From Paecilomyces variotii (Eukaryota), in assembly GCA_004022145.1 (NCBI GenBank), contig RCNU01000008.1: a DNA stretch of 64,000 bases; one strand, given 5' to 3'. The position numbers and the translations under genes are program-made. Shown here piece by piece: positions 61,115 through 64,000 of the stretch; the first letter of the stretch is position 1, and each line of letters starts with the position of its first letter. The notes below the pieces were generated by a model that worked only from the letters and a program-made list of their open reading frames with translations, did not search any database and was not told the DNA's origin.

Positions 61115-62946
61115 ATGGGGTAAGCAGGACCTCGATTCCATCAAAAAAATCCATCGAGGATGGGCTTCATTCGGACTCGATAGCTAACTGATCTGTCTTA
61201 CAGTAAGGAAGAGAAGTCCCACATCAACATCGTCGTCATTGGACACGTCGACTCCGGCAAGTCCACTACGACCGGTAAGACACCTCGATCCTGCTGCCTC
61301 GACGATTCCTACGATACTCATAAATTATACAGGTCACTTGATCTACAAGTGCGGTGGTATTGACCAGCGTACCATTGAGAAGTTCGAGAAGGTATGATTC
61401 TACTCGCACAAAAATTCTGATTTTTTTTTTCACTACCCCTCTTGTGGTGGGGGAGGGGTTGCGATCGGCGGTTTCAGGTGCACTAGCACCAACGGAGTCA
61501 CCGCCTTCGACCTCTCTTTTGCTACCGGAGAGGTTAATCACCTCAGGTTTCCTTTCGCTGAAGCTAACTATCCCTATAGGAAGCCAACGAACTCGGAAAG
61601 GGTTCCTTCAAGTACGCCTGGGTTCTTGACAAGCTCAAGGCCGAGCGTGAGCGTGGTATCACCATCGACATTGCCCTCTGGAAGTTCCAGACCAGCAAGT
61701 ATGAGGTCACCGTCATTGGTAAGTCGACTCGTCTACGTATGACTACTTGAACAGGACATTGCTAATCTTCACTCACAGACGCCCCCGGTCACCGTGACTT
61801 CATCAAGAACATGATCACTGGTACCTCCCAGGCTGACTGCGCTATCCTCATCATTGCCTCCGGTACTGGTGAGTTCGAGGCTGGTATCTCCAAGGATGGC
61901 CAGACTCGTGAGCACGCTCTGCTCGCCTTCACCCTTGGTGTCCGCCAGCTCATTGTTGCCCTCAACAAGATGGACACTGCCAAGTGGTCCCAGGACCGTT
62001 ACAACGAGATTGTCAAGGAGACCTCCAACTTCATCAAGAAGGTCGGATACAACCCCAAGAGTGTCCCCTTCGTCCCCATCTCCGGTTTCCACGGTGACAA
62101 CATGCTTGAGCCCTCCGCCAACTGCCCCTGGTACAAGGGTTGGGAGAAGGAGACCAAGGCCGGCAAGGTCACTGGTAAGACCCTCCTCGAGGCCATTGAC
62201 GCCATCGAGCCCCCGGTCCGTCCCTCCAACAAGCCCCTCCGTCTTCCTCTCCAGGATGTCTACAAGATCTCCGGTATTGGAACAGTGCCCGTCGGCCGTG
62301 TCGAGACCGGTATCATCGCTCCCGGCATGGTCGTCACCTTCGCTCCTTCCAACGTCACCACTGAAGTCAAGTCCGTTGAGATGCACCACCAGCAGCTCAA
62401 GGAGGGTGTTCCCGGTGACAACGTTGGTTTCAACGTGAAGAACGTCTCCGTCAAGGAGGTTCGCCGTGGTAACGTCGCGGGTGACTCCAAGAACGACCCC
62501 CCCATGGCCGCCGCCTCTTTCAACGCTCAGGTCATCGTCCTGAACCACCCTGGTCAGATCTCGGCCGGTTACGCTCCCGTCCTTGACTGCCACACTGCCC
62601 ACATTGCTTGCAAGTTCTCCGAGCTCCTCGAGAAGATCGACCGCCGTACCGGAAAGTCCACTGAGGACCACCCCAAGTTCATCAAGTCCGGTGACGCTGC
62701 CATCGTCAAGATGGTTCCCTCCAAGCCCATGTGTGTCGAGTCCTTCACCGACTACCCTCCTCTCGGTCGTTTCGCCGTCCGTGACATGCGTCAGACAGTC
62801 GCCGTTGGAGTAGTGAGTACGTATTTCCCTTTAAAACCCAGAATTCGTGTTCAAAAACTAATAATTCCGTTACAGAGTCCGTTGAGAAGTCCGCCGGTGG
62901 TGCCGGTAAGGTCACCAAGGCCGCCCAGAAGGCCACCAAGAAATAA
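61115..62946 (+). CDS. TEF1: Translation elongation factor 1-alpha
   Basis: [26 protein letters not shown]...[15 protein letters not shown]...NKMD...[11 protein letters not shown]; strongly biased codons; several 5' introns and a last intron at 62817-62875. Confidence 0.99.
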
Positions 62947-64000
62947 GCGGAGAAACACGGCAGAATACGGGAGACATGGGTCATGTGAATCATGTAATGA
63001 TCACGATGCAAAAACTCCGAGCTACTTCTGTAGAAGCTTAGACAATTATGAAATGATGTTTTCAATAATCCTTTTGAGACTTGAGTAGATTGTATTCGCG
63101 CGTAGACCGTAGCTAAGATTTGTCTCGGTGAGTAGTACAATTGTTAAGGTACATCATTACTATCATATATGATACGAGTACTTATGTGCTCCATGTGTAC
63201 GCCATGAGTTCCCATAAGAATAGCCTCGATGCTCAACTGCAGTCACACCCTGTATAGTAGGCTTAGTAGCTAGAGCAAGTAAATTAAATACTAGAGATTA
63301 ATCCCTGTAGATTAACCGGGTTTGAGTAATCTTGGAGCTAATGAAGATGCTTGATTGAGTTAACTACCTGTTATCTGGCCATTACTCTGCTGACTAAGCT
63401 GGCTGCTGGCGCTGGCGACCGCTACTGGAGCCCCCAGGGGCACCGAAATATCTTCTTATTTCTATGCGAATAAGTTGTATTAGAAGAACACAGAATCCAT
63501 TTCAAGACCTATTAATAGCATCCTCTGATACGGGCATGCATAGCCGTATTATAATGTCTTTCTTATCTTTTAACTGTCTGGTTAGACAGACCACCAATCC
63601 TGGAAGTTGCTCGTTTACATTGCCATTAAAAGCGTGCTCATTATGCGGATCTTGTACCGGCACAAGATCTTAGAGGAGTAATGCTATATATGTCCACAGT
63701 TACGTAGACGCGAATGGCTCACTAAAAGAAATGGTGAGGTCGGCAGACCAATGCGGAGCGGTCCCAGTTTGAGATCAGTTTCTGGCATAAGTACTATATT
63801 CGAGAACTTTTGTTAATAGTGAAACGGAATTAACAAATGCTAGTTATATGGCAAGTCTGACCTGTGGGCAGCATGGCAGGGCATGTTGGACGTTGCGACT
63901 GGTATTAGTTCCACTCGCGATATAATTACCTCGCCAAAATATATGAGTTCTTTACCTAGACTCCTTAATACAGAACTATTTGCATAAAGCTGTTACTCTT

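Noticed and set aside
61769-62671. 300-aa antisense ORF over TEF1, and similar shadow ORFs over other genes
   Set aside because: Expected by-product of strong codon bias on the coding strand

Overview
Eukaryotic fungal DNA with GT-AG introns and CTAAC-type branch sites; gene content looks Eurotiales-like. Conserved genes: SPP1, a RecA/Rad51-paralogue-like gene, PAL1, SOH1/MED31, EFR3, azgA, NSE3, an ankyrin protein, RPC11 and TEF1. Two accessory zones interrupt them. Zone 1 (1-24.3 kb) holds decayed SNF2 and DNA2/NAM7 helicase genes, an SRPK-like kinase, a divergent Zn2Cys6-MFS pair and nuclease-fold-like hypotheticals. Zone 2 is a ~9 kb island (46.8-55.9 kb). Its most striking structure is an apparently intact, intronless MTAP gene built as a three-part chimera. 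Its upstream region is a diverged duplicate of the promoter/5'UTR of the neighbouring caspase-like gene, and its downstream region is an inverted, diverged copy of the TEF1 last intron, last exon and 3'UTR. Also present: four remnants of one SF1 helicase family, two of them interrupted by short Ty3/Gypsy pol fragments; a GIY-YIG-like remnant; and a 723-bp TA-flanked TIR element with a RIP-like interior. All alignments were done by eye, and exon and pseudogene boundaries are approximate.
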